Notes under the pieces: generated by a model | Seen by the model: the letters and a program-made list of their open reading frames with translations, nothing else | Told to the model about the DNA's origin: nothing | The model's database searches: none | From: Bacillales bacterium UBA6120 | Lineage (GTDB): Bacteria; Bacillota_I; Bacilli_A; RFN20; CAG-826 | Direction: 5' to 3' | Assembly (NCBI GenBank): GCA_002422535.1 | Contig: DIVY01000024.1 | Location: forward strand, 20,904-84,903 | DNA length: 64,000 nt | Position numbers and translations under genes: made by a program | In this document: in pieces, positions 19,793 through 28,422 of the stretch | How the letters are laid out: every line of letters starts with the position of its first letter | How positions within the stretch are numbered: position 1 is the first letter of the stretch

Positions 19793-21379
19793 ATGAAAAA
19801 CAAATTTTACATTACTACGCCAATCTACTATCCCTCCGCCCGTCTTCATATTGGACACGCTTATAGCACGACGCTTTGCGATGTGTGGGCGCGTTATAAA
19901 CGAATGTCTGGACACGATACCTTTTTCTTGACGGGAACCGATGAGCATGGCGAAAAGATTCAAAAAAACGCCATTGCCGCGGGCAAAGATCCCCAAACTT
20001 TTGTCGATGAAATCGTCGTCGGTATTAAGCACCTTTGGGCAGCATTAGATATTAGTAACGATGACTTTATTCGTACAACCGAGCCTCGTCATGAAATCGT
20101 CGTTAAAAAAATATTTACGCACATGATCAATCAGGGCGATATCTACCTTGGCAAATACGAAGGCTGGTATTGCACGCATTGCGAAGCGTTTTGGACCGAT
20201 ACGCAAGTGGGCGAGCAGCATTTATGCCCCGATTGTCATCGTGAAGTTCATAAAGCTAGCGAAGACGCCTACTTCTTTAAAACATCCAAATATGTCGACC
20301 GGTTATTAGAATATTACGACGCTAACTTAAAATTCATCATGCCCGAATCTCGTAAAAACGAGATGATTAACACCTTCATAAGGCCAGGACTTGAAGATCT
20401 TTGTGTTTCAAGAACTTCGTTTTCGTGGGGTATCCCCTTAAACGAAGATCCAAAACACGTTGTCTATGTGTGGCTTGATGCACTGTCAAATTACATCACG
20501 GCATTAGGTTATGGTTCTAATGATGCATCTAAGTTCAATAAGTTTTGGGCTGATCCTAACAGCGAAATCATCCATGTGGTGGGTGCTGATATTACGCGGT
20601 TTCACGCCATCTACTGGCCGATGTTTTTGATGGCACTTGGGCTTAGATTACCCGACCGCCTTTTTGTACATGGATTATTGATGATGAAAGATGGCAAAAT
20701 GTCCAAATCAAAAGGCAACGTCATCGATCCGCTTCAATTAATTGAAAAATATGGCACTGACGCTGTCCGCTATTATTTAGTGCGTGAAACGATATTCGGA
20801 AGCGACGGCCAATTCACCCCCGAACAATTCGTGGAACGCATTAATGTCGATCTTGCCAATGACTTTGGTAATTTACTTAATAGAACGTTAACGATGATTG
20901 AAAAATACTTCGAAGGCGTTATTCCAATTTATGTCGGTAGCGTCACACCATTTGATGATGATTTATATAATCTAGCGATGTCCACCATTAAAGAGTATCA
21001 AGATAATCTCGATGATTTAAAAATTACCGAAGCATTTATAAAGGTATTTACGCTTATCAGTCGCGCGAATAAATACATTGATGAAACGCAACCATGGTCG
21101 TTATCCAAAGATCCCGAGAAGAAGCGAGAACTTGCTAGTGTTATGTCGCATCTATCAAGCGTACTTTATATCGCGGCCATCTTATTGCAACCAGTTTTAA
21201 CGAAGGCGCCTCAAGAAGTGTTTGCTCAAATGGGAGTTGACCCATCAATTAATCACTTCTCATTCGTCACCAATTTTGGAATAGTCGGCGGTAGTCATGT
21301 TCAAAAAGGCAAGCCCCTATTCCCGCGACTTGATGCGGCGATTGAAGTGCCCTTTATTGCTTCATTAATGCAAAAATAA
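19793..21379 (+). CDS. metG: Methionyl-tRNA synthetase (short form, no C-terminal tRNA-binding domain)
   Basis: HIGH-type motif (RLHIGHAYS), KMSKS motif, and a CxxC...CxxC zinc knuckle. Confidence 0.95.
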   Translation: MKNKFYITTPIYYPSARLHIGHAYSTTLCDVWARYKRMSGHDTFFLTGTDEHGEKIQKNAIAAGKDPQTFVDEIVVGIKHLWAALDISNDDFIRTTEPRHEIVVKKIFTHMINQGDIYLGKYEGWYCTHCEAFWTDTQVGEQHLCPDCHREVHKASEDAYFFKTSKYVDRLLEYYDANLKFIMPESRKNEMINTFIRPGLEDLCVSRTSFSWGIPLNEDPKHVVYVWLDALSNYITALGYGSNDASKFNKFWADPNSEIIHVVGADITRFHAIYWPMFLMALGLRLPDRLFVHGLLMMKDGKMSKSKGNVIDPLQLIEKYGTDAVRYYLVRETIFGSDGQFTPEQFVERINVDLANDFGNLLNRTLTMIEKYFEGVIPIYVGSVTPFDDDLYNLAMSTIKEYQDNLDDLKITEAFIKVFTLISRANKYIDETQPWSLSKDPEKKRELASVMSHLSSVLYIAAILLQPVLTKAPQEVFAQMGVDPSINHFSFVTNFGIVGGSHVQKGKPLFPRLDAAIEVPFIASLMQK

Positions 21380-21381
21380 TT

Positions 21382-22113
21382 ATGAATATCACCCTAACAT
21401 CATCAAATTATGCCACGCTTAATTTTTACGACGAACGAAAGCGCAATTTGCTTTTAATCTTTCCTGGTGGCGGCTATGCATACACGTCAAAACGAGAAGC
21501 CGAACCAATCGCTAAGTGTTTTGGGAGCGATGGCTATCACACGGCAATTTATTATTACCGAGAAACAAAACTAATTTTTCCAGATAATATAAAAGAAGGC
21601 CAAGAACTTCTTCAAATTCTGAAGAGTCATCCCCTTGTTAAGAGGATTTTCGTAATTGGATTTTCCGCCGGTGGCCATTTTGCGGCTTCGTTAGCAATAT
21701 CACAATCTTCTATCGTCAAAGCCTCAATCCTTGCATACCCCGTCATTACCCCGAATATTCGCTATCGTCATTCGGTGTCTTTCTTGAATTTACTTGGAGA
21801 TGACTTATCACCGCGGCGGCTTGATGAGGTATCGCTAGAAAAACACGTTCACGCCAAAATGGGACCAGTGTTTTTATTTCACACGATGGATGATAATATT
21901 GTCCCTGTTGAAAATAGCATGATTTTTTTAGGGATGTTAAGAACTAAGGGCGTCAAAGCGGAAGCGCACTTCTTTCCATCTGGGAGACACGGCGTTTCCA
22001 TTGCCACACCTGAAGTTACTTTCGATGACATGAATCCCTCGGATTTTGAGCGCGAGTATGGGCATCTTCAAGTATGGGTGTCGCTAGCAAAAGCTTGGCT
22101 AAACGGAATATGA
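21382..22113 (+). CDS. Alpha/beta hydrolase (esterase/lipase-like)
   Basis: LIFPGGGY oxyanion region and nucleophile elbow GFSAGGH; 243 aa. Confidence 0.75.
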   Translation: MNITLTSSNYATLNFYDERKRNLLLIFPGGGYAYTSKREAEPIAKCFGSDGYHTAIYYYRETKLIFPDNIKEGQELLQILKSHPLVKRIFVIGFSAGGHFAASLAISQSSIVKASILAYPVITPNIRYRHSVSFLNLLGDDLSPRRLDEVSLEKHVHAKMGPVFLFHTMDDNIVPVENSMIFLGMLRTKGVKAEAHFFPSGRHGVSIATPEVTFDDMNPSDFEREYGHLQVWVSLAKAWLNGI

Positions 22114-23453
22114 ACCAGGAAGTAATTGGCAAGTGTAGCGATTATACCCATGATGGGCAAGGCATCGTCAAGATTGACGGACTCCCTATTTTTGTTGAAG
22201 GTTTATTTATTGGAGAAGAAGCCAAGATTGAAATCCTCTTTAATAAGAGTGATTACGCGATTGGTAAGATTATCAAACTTTTAAATTTAAGTCCCGACCG
22301 CATTACACCAAGGTGCCCTGTGGCGACCGCATGCGGTGGGTGTTCGTTTCAAGCACTGGCGTACCCCGCTCAACTTGCCTTCAAAAAAAGGAAGGTTAGC
22401 GAAGCGCTAAGAAAAATCGGTGGCATTGATGCCGAGGTTGATGAAGTTGTGGGAATGGAAAATCCCTACTTTTACCGTAATAAAACGCAGATGCCCGTTG
22501 GATATGATAAGCAAAACCGGCTTGTTTCTGGATTTTACCGTCGCTTTACGCATACGATTGTTCCCATTGAAAAGTGCTATATCGAAGATGAGCGCAGTAG
22601 CAGCATCTTGGCAAATATTAAGTTAGCCATGAAAGAAAATAAGATTATGGCGTACAACGAAGATACGCGAGTTGGCGTTATTCGCCATGTATTAATCAAA
22701 ACTAGCCAAGCCTTTAAAGACATCATGGTAGTACTTGTTACAAACGCTGATTCGTTCCCCGGAAGGAATAATCTTGTTAAATCTATCAAAGAGAAATGCC
22801 CCGAAGTCACCACGATTGTTCAAAACATTAATCTAAGAGATACAAATGTCATCCTAGGCGAAAAAGAAAATGTCTTATTTGGCAAAGGTTTTATTAAAGA
22901 TGAACTTCATGGACTGGCATTCAATATATCAAGTAAATCGTTCTATCAAGTTAACCCGATACAGGCATCAAAGCTTTATGATCTAGCAATGCAAAAGGCT
23001 GGTTTGACGGGTGACGAAATAGTCATAGATGCATACTGTGGCGTGGGAACTATTAGTTTAATTGCCAGTAAATTTGCCAAGGAAGTAATCGGCGTTGAAA
23101 TCGTAAAAGAAGCGGTTGAAGACGCGATTAGAAACGCCCGATTAAACAATATTACCAACACCAAATTCTTTACTTCAGATGCTTCACAATTCATTGAAAA
23201 CCTGATCCAACAAGGGACCAATATCGACGTTGTCTTTGTCGATCCTCCTCGCAAAGGGTTGGAAGACAGCTTCGTAAAATCATTACTAAAATTAAAACCC
23301 CAAAAGATTGTTTATGTATCATGTGAACCATCCACTCTTGCCCGAGATCTTAAATTATTAAAAGAATCTTACAATGTTCAATCAGTCTCTCCCGTTGATA
23401 TGTTTCCAATGACATACCACGTTGAAACTATCACATTGCTTTCATTAAAATAG
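22110..23453 (+). CDS. rlmD: 23S rRNA (uracil-C5)-methyltransferase, RumA/RlmCD family
   Basis: N-terminal TRAM domain, Fe-S cysteines (CPVATACGGCSFQ), SAM motif DAYCGVGT, and C-terminal ..VSCEPSTLARD..VDMFPMTYHVE. ATG 22110 forms an ATGA overlap with the upstream stop. Confidence 0.9.
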   Translation: MNQEVIGKCSDYTHDGQGIVKIDGLPIFVEGLFIGEEAKIEILFNKSDYAIGKIIKLLNLSPDRITPRCPVATACGGCSFQALAYPAQLAFKKRKVSEALRKIGGIDAEVDEVVGMENPYFYRNKTQMPVGYDKQNRLVSGFYRRFTHTIVPIEKCYIEDERSSSILANIKLAMKENKIMAYNEDTRVGVIRHVLIKTSQAFKDIMVVLVTNADSFPGRNNLVKSIKEKCPEVTTIVQNINLRDTNVILGEKENVLFGKGFIKDELHGLAFNISSKSFYQVNPIQASKLYDLAMQKAGLTGDEIVIDAYCGVGTISLIASKFAKEVIGVEIVKEAVEDAIRNARLNNITNTKFFTSDASQFIENLIQQGTNIDVVFVDPPRKGLEDSFVKSLLKLKPQKIVYVSCEPSTLARDLKLLKESYNVQSVSPVDMFPMTYHVETITLLSLK

Positions 23454-23541
23454 CACTTGTTTTATACTTGACGCATACTTGACAACACTACATTTTTTAT
23501 CCAAATTTATAAAAATCAGCCATCAGATGACCTTCATAGGT
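23397..23541 (+). repeat. Copy A of a diverged direct repeat (functional rlmD 3' end plus downstream leader)
   Basis: Aligns by eye at roughly 70-75 percent identity with 26140-26319; includes an identical 20-mer, cattgctttcattaaaatag. Confidence 0.75.
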
Positions 23542-23558
23542 ATCTGATGGCTTTTTTT
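23519..23558 (+). terminator. Rho-independent terminator of rlmD
   Basis: gccatcagat-(13-nt loop)-atctgatggc followed by ttttttt. Confidence 0.85.
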
Positions 23559-23774
23559 GTCTATGTATGCAAATTTCGTCCATTGTGGGAACATATTTTT
23601 TGGTTAAAAATAGCCTTTATTGTTCGAATGGTTGTCTTACGCAACATGTGTAACCAAGATTGATCATTGATTACATTAGAAACACTCATTATTCCATAAA
23701 AGAAAGTATTAGACTTCAACAAGTTCAAATGAATAATGAAATCTCTTAAATGCTGTGACATTTTGCACAATGAT

Positions 23775-23819
23775 AATAAGACGAAATGCACATTAAAAAT
23801 AAGACGAAATGCACATTAA
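23775..23819 (+). repeat. Two perfect tandem 22-bp direct repeats (period 23) upstream of the ATPase gene
   Basis: aataagacgaaatgcacattaa occurs at 23775-23796 and again at 23798-23819. Confidence 0.9.
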
Positions 23820-23866
23820 TGTTGATATTATGAAGCCATGATGATATACCTATATTGGGTGATACA

Positions 23867-25129
23867 ATGGAGAAATATTATAAAAGGATTATGGACAAAG
23901 TATTGCAAGATGAGCTTAGCGCATTCGGTGCTGTGTTGATTAACGGACCTAAATGGTGCGGAAAAACAACCACAGCTAAACAGTACGTAAAAAGCATATT
24001 GAATATGCAAGACCCATCACAAAAATCTAACTATCTAAAAACTGCTGAAATTAATCCACTTGTTTTATTACAAGGTGAAAATCCTAGATTGATTGATGAA
24101 TGGCAACTTGCACCAGAACTCTGGGATGCTATTCGACATGATATTGATGAAAAGCAAAAACAGGGTTTATATATTCTTACTGGATCATCTAAAGTGGATG
24201 AATCAAAAATCAGTCATTCAGGTGTTGGTAGAATTTCACGCGTTTTGATGAGAACAATGTCTTTGTATGAATCTATAGATTCAAATGGAACTGTTAGTTT
24301 ATCGGATTTATTTGATTCGAAGTCTTTTAATATGGCAAAATCTAATCTATCTATCAATGATATATCCAAATTAATTGTTCGAGGCGGATGGCCCAACAGT
24401 ATTGGAAAAGATATTAAAGTTGCAATGAAGCAAGTTGCAGGTTATATCCAAACAATTGTTAAGACGGAAATTAAAACAATAGATGGCGTTGAAAGAGATG
24501 AAGCTAAAACATTAGCCGTGCTTAAATCACTTGCAAGACACACGTCAACTCAAGCAACTGACGCAAAAATTGTTGCAGATGTGGAATTTAACCACTATAC
24601 AATACATAGAAATACATTAAGTGACTATTTAAAGGTTTTAAGAGAATTATACATTATTGAAGACTTACCAGCATGGAGTCCTAAATTAAGAAGTAAAACA
24701 ACGATTAGAACCTCAAATACTAGACATTTTATTGATCCAGCATTTGCAGCAACTCTACTAAATGCATCTCCAGATGATTTACTAAGAGACATAGAAACAC
24801 TTGGTTTATTATTTGAATCCTTGGTTATTAGAGACTTGCGTGTATACACAGATTATTTAGGTGGATATGTTTCGCATTATAGAGATAAATCAGGTCTCGA
24901 AGCAGACGCCATCATTCATCTTAATGATGGTAGATGGGCGGCTGTTGAAGTTAAACTCGGTTCACATGATATCGATGAAGCAGCACATCATCTAATTGAA
25001 CTTGTTAACAAAGTAGATATTGAACAAGGAAGTGGACCCTCATTTCTGATGGTGGTGACAGGGACTGAATTTGGTTATCAAAGAGAAGATGGAGTCTATG
25101 TTGTCCCAATAGGATGTTTAAAATATTAA
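23867..25129 (+). CDS. AAA-type ATPase with DUF4143-like C-terminal domain carrying a PD-(D/E)xK-like motif
   Basis: Walker A GPKWCGKTT, Walker B-like RLIDEWQ, C-terminal ..GLEADAIIHLNDGRWAAVEVKLG... The start is taken at ATG 23867 (listed TTG 23855). Confidence 0.75.
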   Translation: MEKYYKRIMDKVLQDELSAFGAVLINGPKWCGKTTTAKQYVKSILNMQDPSQKSNYLKTAEINPLVLLQGENPRLIDEWQLAPELWDAIRHDIDEKQKQGLYILTGSSKVDESKISHSGVGRISRVLMRTMSLYESIDSNGTVSLSDLFDSKSFNMAKSNLSINDISKLIVRGGWPNSIGKDIKVAMKQVAGYIQTIVKTEIKTIDGVERDEAKTLAVLKSLARHTSTQATDAKIVADVEFNHYTIHRNTLSDYLKVLRELYIIEDLPAWSPKLRSKTTIRTSNTRHFIDPAFAATLLNASPDDLLRDIETLGLLFESLVIRDLRVYTDYLGGYVSHYRDKSGLEADAIIHLNDGRWAAVEVKLGSHDIDEAAHHLIELVNKVDIEQGSGPSFLMVVTGTEFGYQREDGVYVVPIGCLKY

Positions 25130-25189
25130 GTCATAGATTTTAGATATAAATGTTGAATATAAAGATATCTTTTTATGACTGGAGTAATT

Positions 25190-26056
25190 ATGAAAATCAC
25201 AAAAGCTATTAAACAACTAGACAATGTATACAACAATGGACAATTTTCAATCCAAAGCTGGATTCCTTATATCAATGCTCTTTTTCCTAATTCCTCATCT
25301 ATTTTTCTCGACGATATTAATGACTATGATTTTAAAAATCAATGTCTTCCTATACTTAACAACGTATTTCTGAATAAAGATAAAATGTCGAACATCTGTC
25401 ATCTTTTCGATGAAATTACTCAGAATCTTGAATTAAAACTAATGCATTATTTTAACAAAACTTTCGATGTTGATATCGTTTTGTACCTTGGTCTATGCAA
25501 TGGAGCGGGATGGGTTATTGAGATTAATGGCCAAACAAAAATACTTCTAGGCATTGAAAAAATCATTGAACTTAAATGGGACAATGAAAATAAAATGAAT
25601 GGCTTAATTTATCATGAGTTAGGTCATGTTTACCAAAAGCAATATGGTGTTTTAGATAGAACATTTGATAGCTTAGCTGATACATTTTTATGGCAATTAT
25701 TCACCGAAGGCATTGCGATGTATTTTGAACAACTTCTCATAGGAGATTTCTCTTACTATCATCAGGATGATGGAAAGTGGCTTAAATATTATGATAGTCA
25801 TTTAGGTCAATTGAAAAAAGATTTCTTAATTGATCTTGATACCATGAATCATCAAAATCAAAGGTACTTTGGAGATTGGATATTATACAATAAACATTCA
25901 GATGCGGGATACTATTTAGGGGCTAAATTGATTCAACACATATGCGAACATGTTGAATTTGAAAAGGTGATATTATTTGGATTAGACGAAGTTAAGTATT
26001 ATTATAAGGCATTTGTCAATCAAGAACATGTGGCGCACCCGACCATTTCCACATAA
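25190..26056 (+). CDS. Putative gluzincin-type metallopeptidase-like protein (DUF2268-like)
   Basis: YHELGHVYQ (HExxH), plus a downstream glutamate in LFTEGIAMYFE about 30 residues later. GGAG lies 7 nt before ATG 25190 (listed ATG 25175). Confidence 0.6.
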   Translation: MKITKAIKQLDNVYNNGQFSIQSWIPYINALFPNSSSIFLDDINDYDFKNQCLPILNNVFLNKDKMSNICHLFDEITQNLELKLMHYFNKTFDVDIVLYLGLCNGAGWVIEINGQTKILLGIEKIIELKWDNENKMNGLIYHELGHVYQKQYGVLDRTFDSLADTFLWQLFTEGIAMYFEQLLIGDFSYYHQDDGKWLKYYDSHLGQLKKDFLIDLDTMNHQNQRYFGDWILYNKHSDAGYYLGAKLIQHICEHVEFEKVILFGLDEVKYYYKAFVNQEHVAHPTIST

Positions 26057-26139
26057 GAGTCATCAATAGAATATGATATGGATGAAATATGTTCCCACAC
26101 TGGAAAAAGTCTGGAATGAGGGAACATAAAAAGGCTAAA

Positions 26140-26319
26140 AATATGTTTCCGATGTACACGAACCGACATATTTTCGAGCAACTATATAAACTCTACGCAT
26201 GTGGAGACAGTTTCATTGCTTTCATTAAAATAGAACTCGTTATATATTTACACTAACTTGATAACGCTCTTTTTAAGTCAAAAACATAAAAATCAACCAC
26301 TAGATGTCATTCATAGGTG
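26140..26319 (+). repeat. Copy B of the diverged direct repeat (decayed rlmD 3' end plus decayed terminator region)
   Basis: atatgtttccgatg (MFPM) at 26141-26154 and catgtggagacagtttcattgctttcattaaaatag (HVETVSLLSLK*) at 26198-26233, then a degenerate copy of the rlmD downstream region whose terminator stem is lost. Confidence 0.75.
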
Positions 26320-26335
26320 TAATTGTCAATTAAAT

Positions 26336-26368
26336 TATGTAGTTCCAATAGGATGCCTGAGACATTAA
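26336..26368 (+). pseudogene. 33-nt relic of the 3' end of a second DUF4143-type ATPase gene
   Basis: Reads YVVPIGCLRH*, compared with YVVPIGCLKY* at the end of the intact gene (25097-25129). Confidence 0.6.
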
Positions 26369-26547
26369 TGATTTAAAATAGTTATAGATGACAACAAAGA
26401 CAGCACATCTTAAAGAGTTGCCAGTATGAAAAATATAGATATTCCAATGATTGATGAAATTGGATTAGATGACTAAGTGAAAGTGGTTGTTAGGAAAACA
26501 TATCGCGAAATGATAAAAAGAAAACCATATAAAGGGCGGTGTGATGA

Positions 26548-27036
26548 TTGATGAAGAAAAAGAGTATATTCATATTTACATTCATCGGTGCTTTTATGGT
26601 GTCTGTAATTCCAATTTCCTATTTTATTTATTCTCAAAGTGAGCGGCGATATTATGATGATCTCATAAAAGAGACCAACGTTAACTATTTGAACTATGAA
26701 AATCTTGAATATTTATTTACTTATACATCTGGATTTGAAGATCAGGTTGGAATGTATTATTTCGTGTTTGCCTTTGATGAGCAGCCAAATGAATTTTTAA
26801 ATCAATTTTCAAATTATTCATTTGATAACAAATTCATTTTTTTTGATTTAACCAATCAAGCATTTGAAGTGGACATTATCAGTAAAATTCAGCTTCATGT
26901 CGGTGATCAATATGGTAAAGTTCCTGATGCATATAAACTTGATTTTACAAATCCGTACGAATATTCAAATTTTCCAATGGTTTATTTCCCAAATTCTAAA
27001 CGATTAATAATCATTCAGTTTATTTGGGTGTTATAA
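26548..27036 (+). CDS. Hypothetical membrane-anchored protein
   Basis: N-terminal TM segment (IFIFTFIGAFMVSVIPISYFIY) and AT-rich composition. No recognisable domain. Confidence 0.45.
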   Translation: MMKKKSIFIFTFIGAFMVSVIPISYFIYSQSERRYYDDLIKETNVNYLNYENLEYLFTYTSGFEDQVGMYYFVFAFDEQPNEFLNQFSNYSFDNKFIFFDLTNQAFEVDIISKIQLHVGDQYGKVPDAYKLDFTNPYEYSNFPMVYFPNSKRLIIIQFIWVL

Positions 27037-27300
27037 ACTTAATTTATGCCACCAAAATATGTTTTTCTACGAGTTTCAAGGTCCTTTATCAAGCAATTCA
27101 CGAAACTCAATGCCCGCAGAAACCTGCGTATTGCTTGAAGCAAAAATCCGATGAATCGATTGTCTTATGGTATATTTTCTCACGAAATCCTTGATTTTAT
27201 GTAGCAAACTTTCCATATTTTCAATTTAAGGGTGGCGATTTGTTGTCTTTTAACATACAAACACGTGGTAGAATTGACAAAAAGAAAGGTTGGGTCATAC

Positions 27301-28422
27301 ATGTCATCCAGATATAAACTATTCCGTCATCCTCACCCCTATGCAATAGATCAAACGCAACCTCTTTTTGTGCGAGCCATTAAAGAAAATGCGGTGTTCC
27401 ATTATAAAAACTGCCCCGACTATTGCCGGATTTTAGATGAAAAAGCATTTGATCCCCAGTCGATACGCACCGATCAAGACCTTATTCGTCTGCCCTTTAT
27501 TCCAACCCTTTACTTTAAGCATCACAATCTTGCATCAATCCCAGAAAATAAGATGCCCATCAAAGCCACTTCTTCTGGCACCAGTGGGAAAGTGTCCAAG
27601 ATTGGTTTGGATTGGAGTAGTCTTTACCTTGGTTTTTGGATGGTTTGGCATTTGGGACATTATCATCATCTGTGGTCATTAAAGCCTGTTCATTATCTAA
27701 TTTTTGGCTATCAACCGACGAAGAAAAACCGCACCGCTATTTCCAAAACGGCCTATGGATTTACTTATTTTGCACCAGCCCTTAGTCGTACGTATGCCCT
27801 TGAATGGAAAAATGGCAGCTATCAGTTGAATTTAGAAGCGATGAAAAAAGCTTTCATTAAATATGAAAAAGGGCGGTTTCCTATTCGCACGATTGGTTTC
27901 CCCGCTTATACCTATTTCTTACTAAAATCAATGCAAGAAGAAGGCCTCCATTTGCATATGCCCAAAGGCAGCAAAATTACCGTTGGTGGTGGATGGAAAA
28001 ACTTCCAACATGACCAAGTCGATAAAACAGTGTTTTATGCTTTGGTCAAGGATGTGTTAGACATCGATGAAAATCATATTATCGAGTTTTATGGCGCTGT
28101 TGAACATCCTATTTTATACACGACATGTCAACACCACCATTTTCATATTCCGATTTATAGTCGTGTGATTATCCGGCATCCAGACACGTTTGAAGAAGTT
28201 CCATCTGGACAAATAGGATTAGTCAATTTATTAACACCAATGCTTAATAGTAATCCCATTTTAAGTGTGATGACCGACGATTTGGGAATTCTCCATCAAG
28301 AACCATGTGCCTGTGGCATTAAATCCCCTTGGCTTGAAATTGTAAATCGTGTTGGTATTAAAGATATCATTACCTGTGCTGTAGGCGCTCAGGAATATTT
28401 AAAAAAATCGGTGCGTTTATGA
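27301..28422 (+). CDS. LuxE-family acyl-protein synthetase / adenylate-forming enzyme
   Basis: ..FVRAIKENAVFHYKNCPDYCRIL..DLIRLPFIPTLYFKHH..ATSSGTSGK.. fits the LuxE (PF04443-like) pattern. ATG 27301 follows aaagaaagg. Confidence 0.7.
   Translation: MSSRYKLFRHPHPYAIDQTQPLFVRAIKENAVFHYKNCPDYCRILDEKAFDPQSIRTDQDLIRLPFIPTLYFKHHNLASIPENKMPIKATSSGTSGKVSKIGLDWSSLYLGFWMVWHLGHYHHLWSLKPVHYLIFGYQPTKKNRTAISKTAYGFTYFAPALSRTYALEWKNGSYQLNLEAMKKAFIKYEKGRFPIRTIGFPAYTYFLLKSMQEEGLHLHMPKGSKITVGGGWKNFQHDQVDKTVFYALVKDVLDIDENHIIEFYGAVEHPILYTTCQHHHFHIPIYSRVIIRHPDTFEEVPSGQIGLVNLLTPMLNSNPILSVMTDDLGILHQEPCACGIKSPWLEIVNRVGIKDIITCAVGAQEYLKKSVRL

Larger units (their letters stand above)
23454..26319. mobile_element. AT-rich accessory insertion at the rlmD 3' end (no recombinase gene present)
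   Basis: Bounded by repeat copies A and B. It is visibly AT-richer than its flanks, carries two non-housekeeping genes, and has short inverted core motifs at both ends. Confidence 0.45.

Noticed and set aside
19532-20032. Minus-strand ORF of 166 aa spanning rpmE, its terminator and the metG start
   Set aside because: It is antisense to two highly conserved genes and crosses a terminator hairpin, so it is not a plausible gene.
23561-23791. Minus-strand 76-aa ORF in the island, considered as a recombinase or transposase remnant
   Set aside because: No tyrosine- or serine-recombinase or DDE motifs are recognisable. It has a GTG start inside the tandem repeat and no RBS. I keep it only as the carrier of the inverted-repeat tail.
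23775-23819. CRISPR array
   Set aside because: There are only two repeat units separated by a single base, with no spacers and no cas genes anywhere in the window.
23454-27040. Prophage or intact ICE interpretation of the island
   Set aside because: There are no integrase, relaxase, capsid, portal, terminase or conjugation genes. Only about 3.5 kb lies between the repeats.
27076-27216. 46-aa minus-strand ORF (MESLLHKIKDFVRKYTIRQSIHRIF...) upstream of the LuxE-like gene
   Set aside because: It is short, has no recognisable domain and no clear RBS. It may be a remnant or a chance ORF, so it is not reported as a feature.
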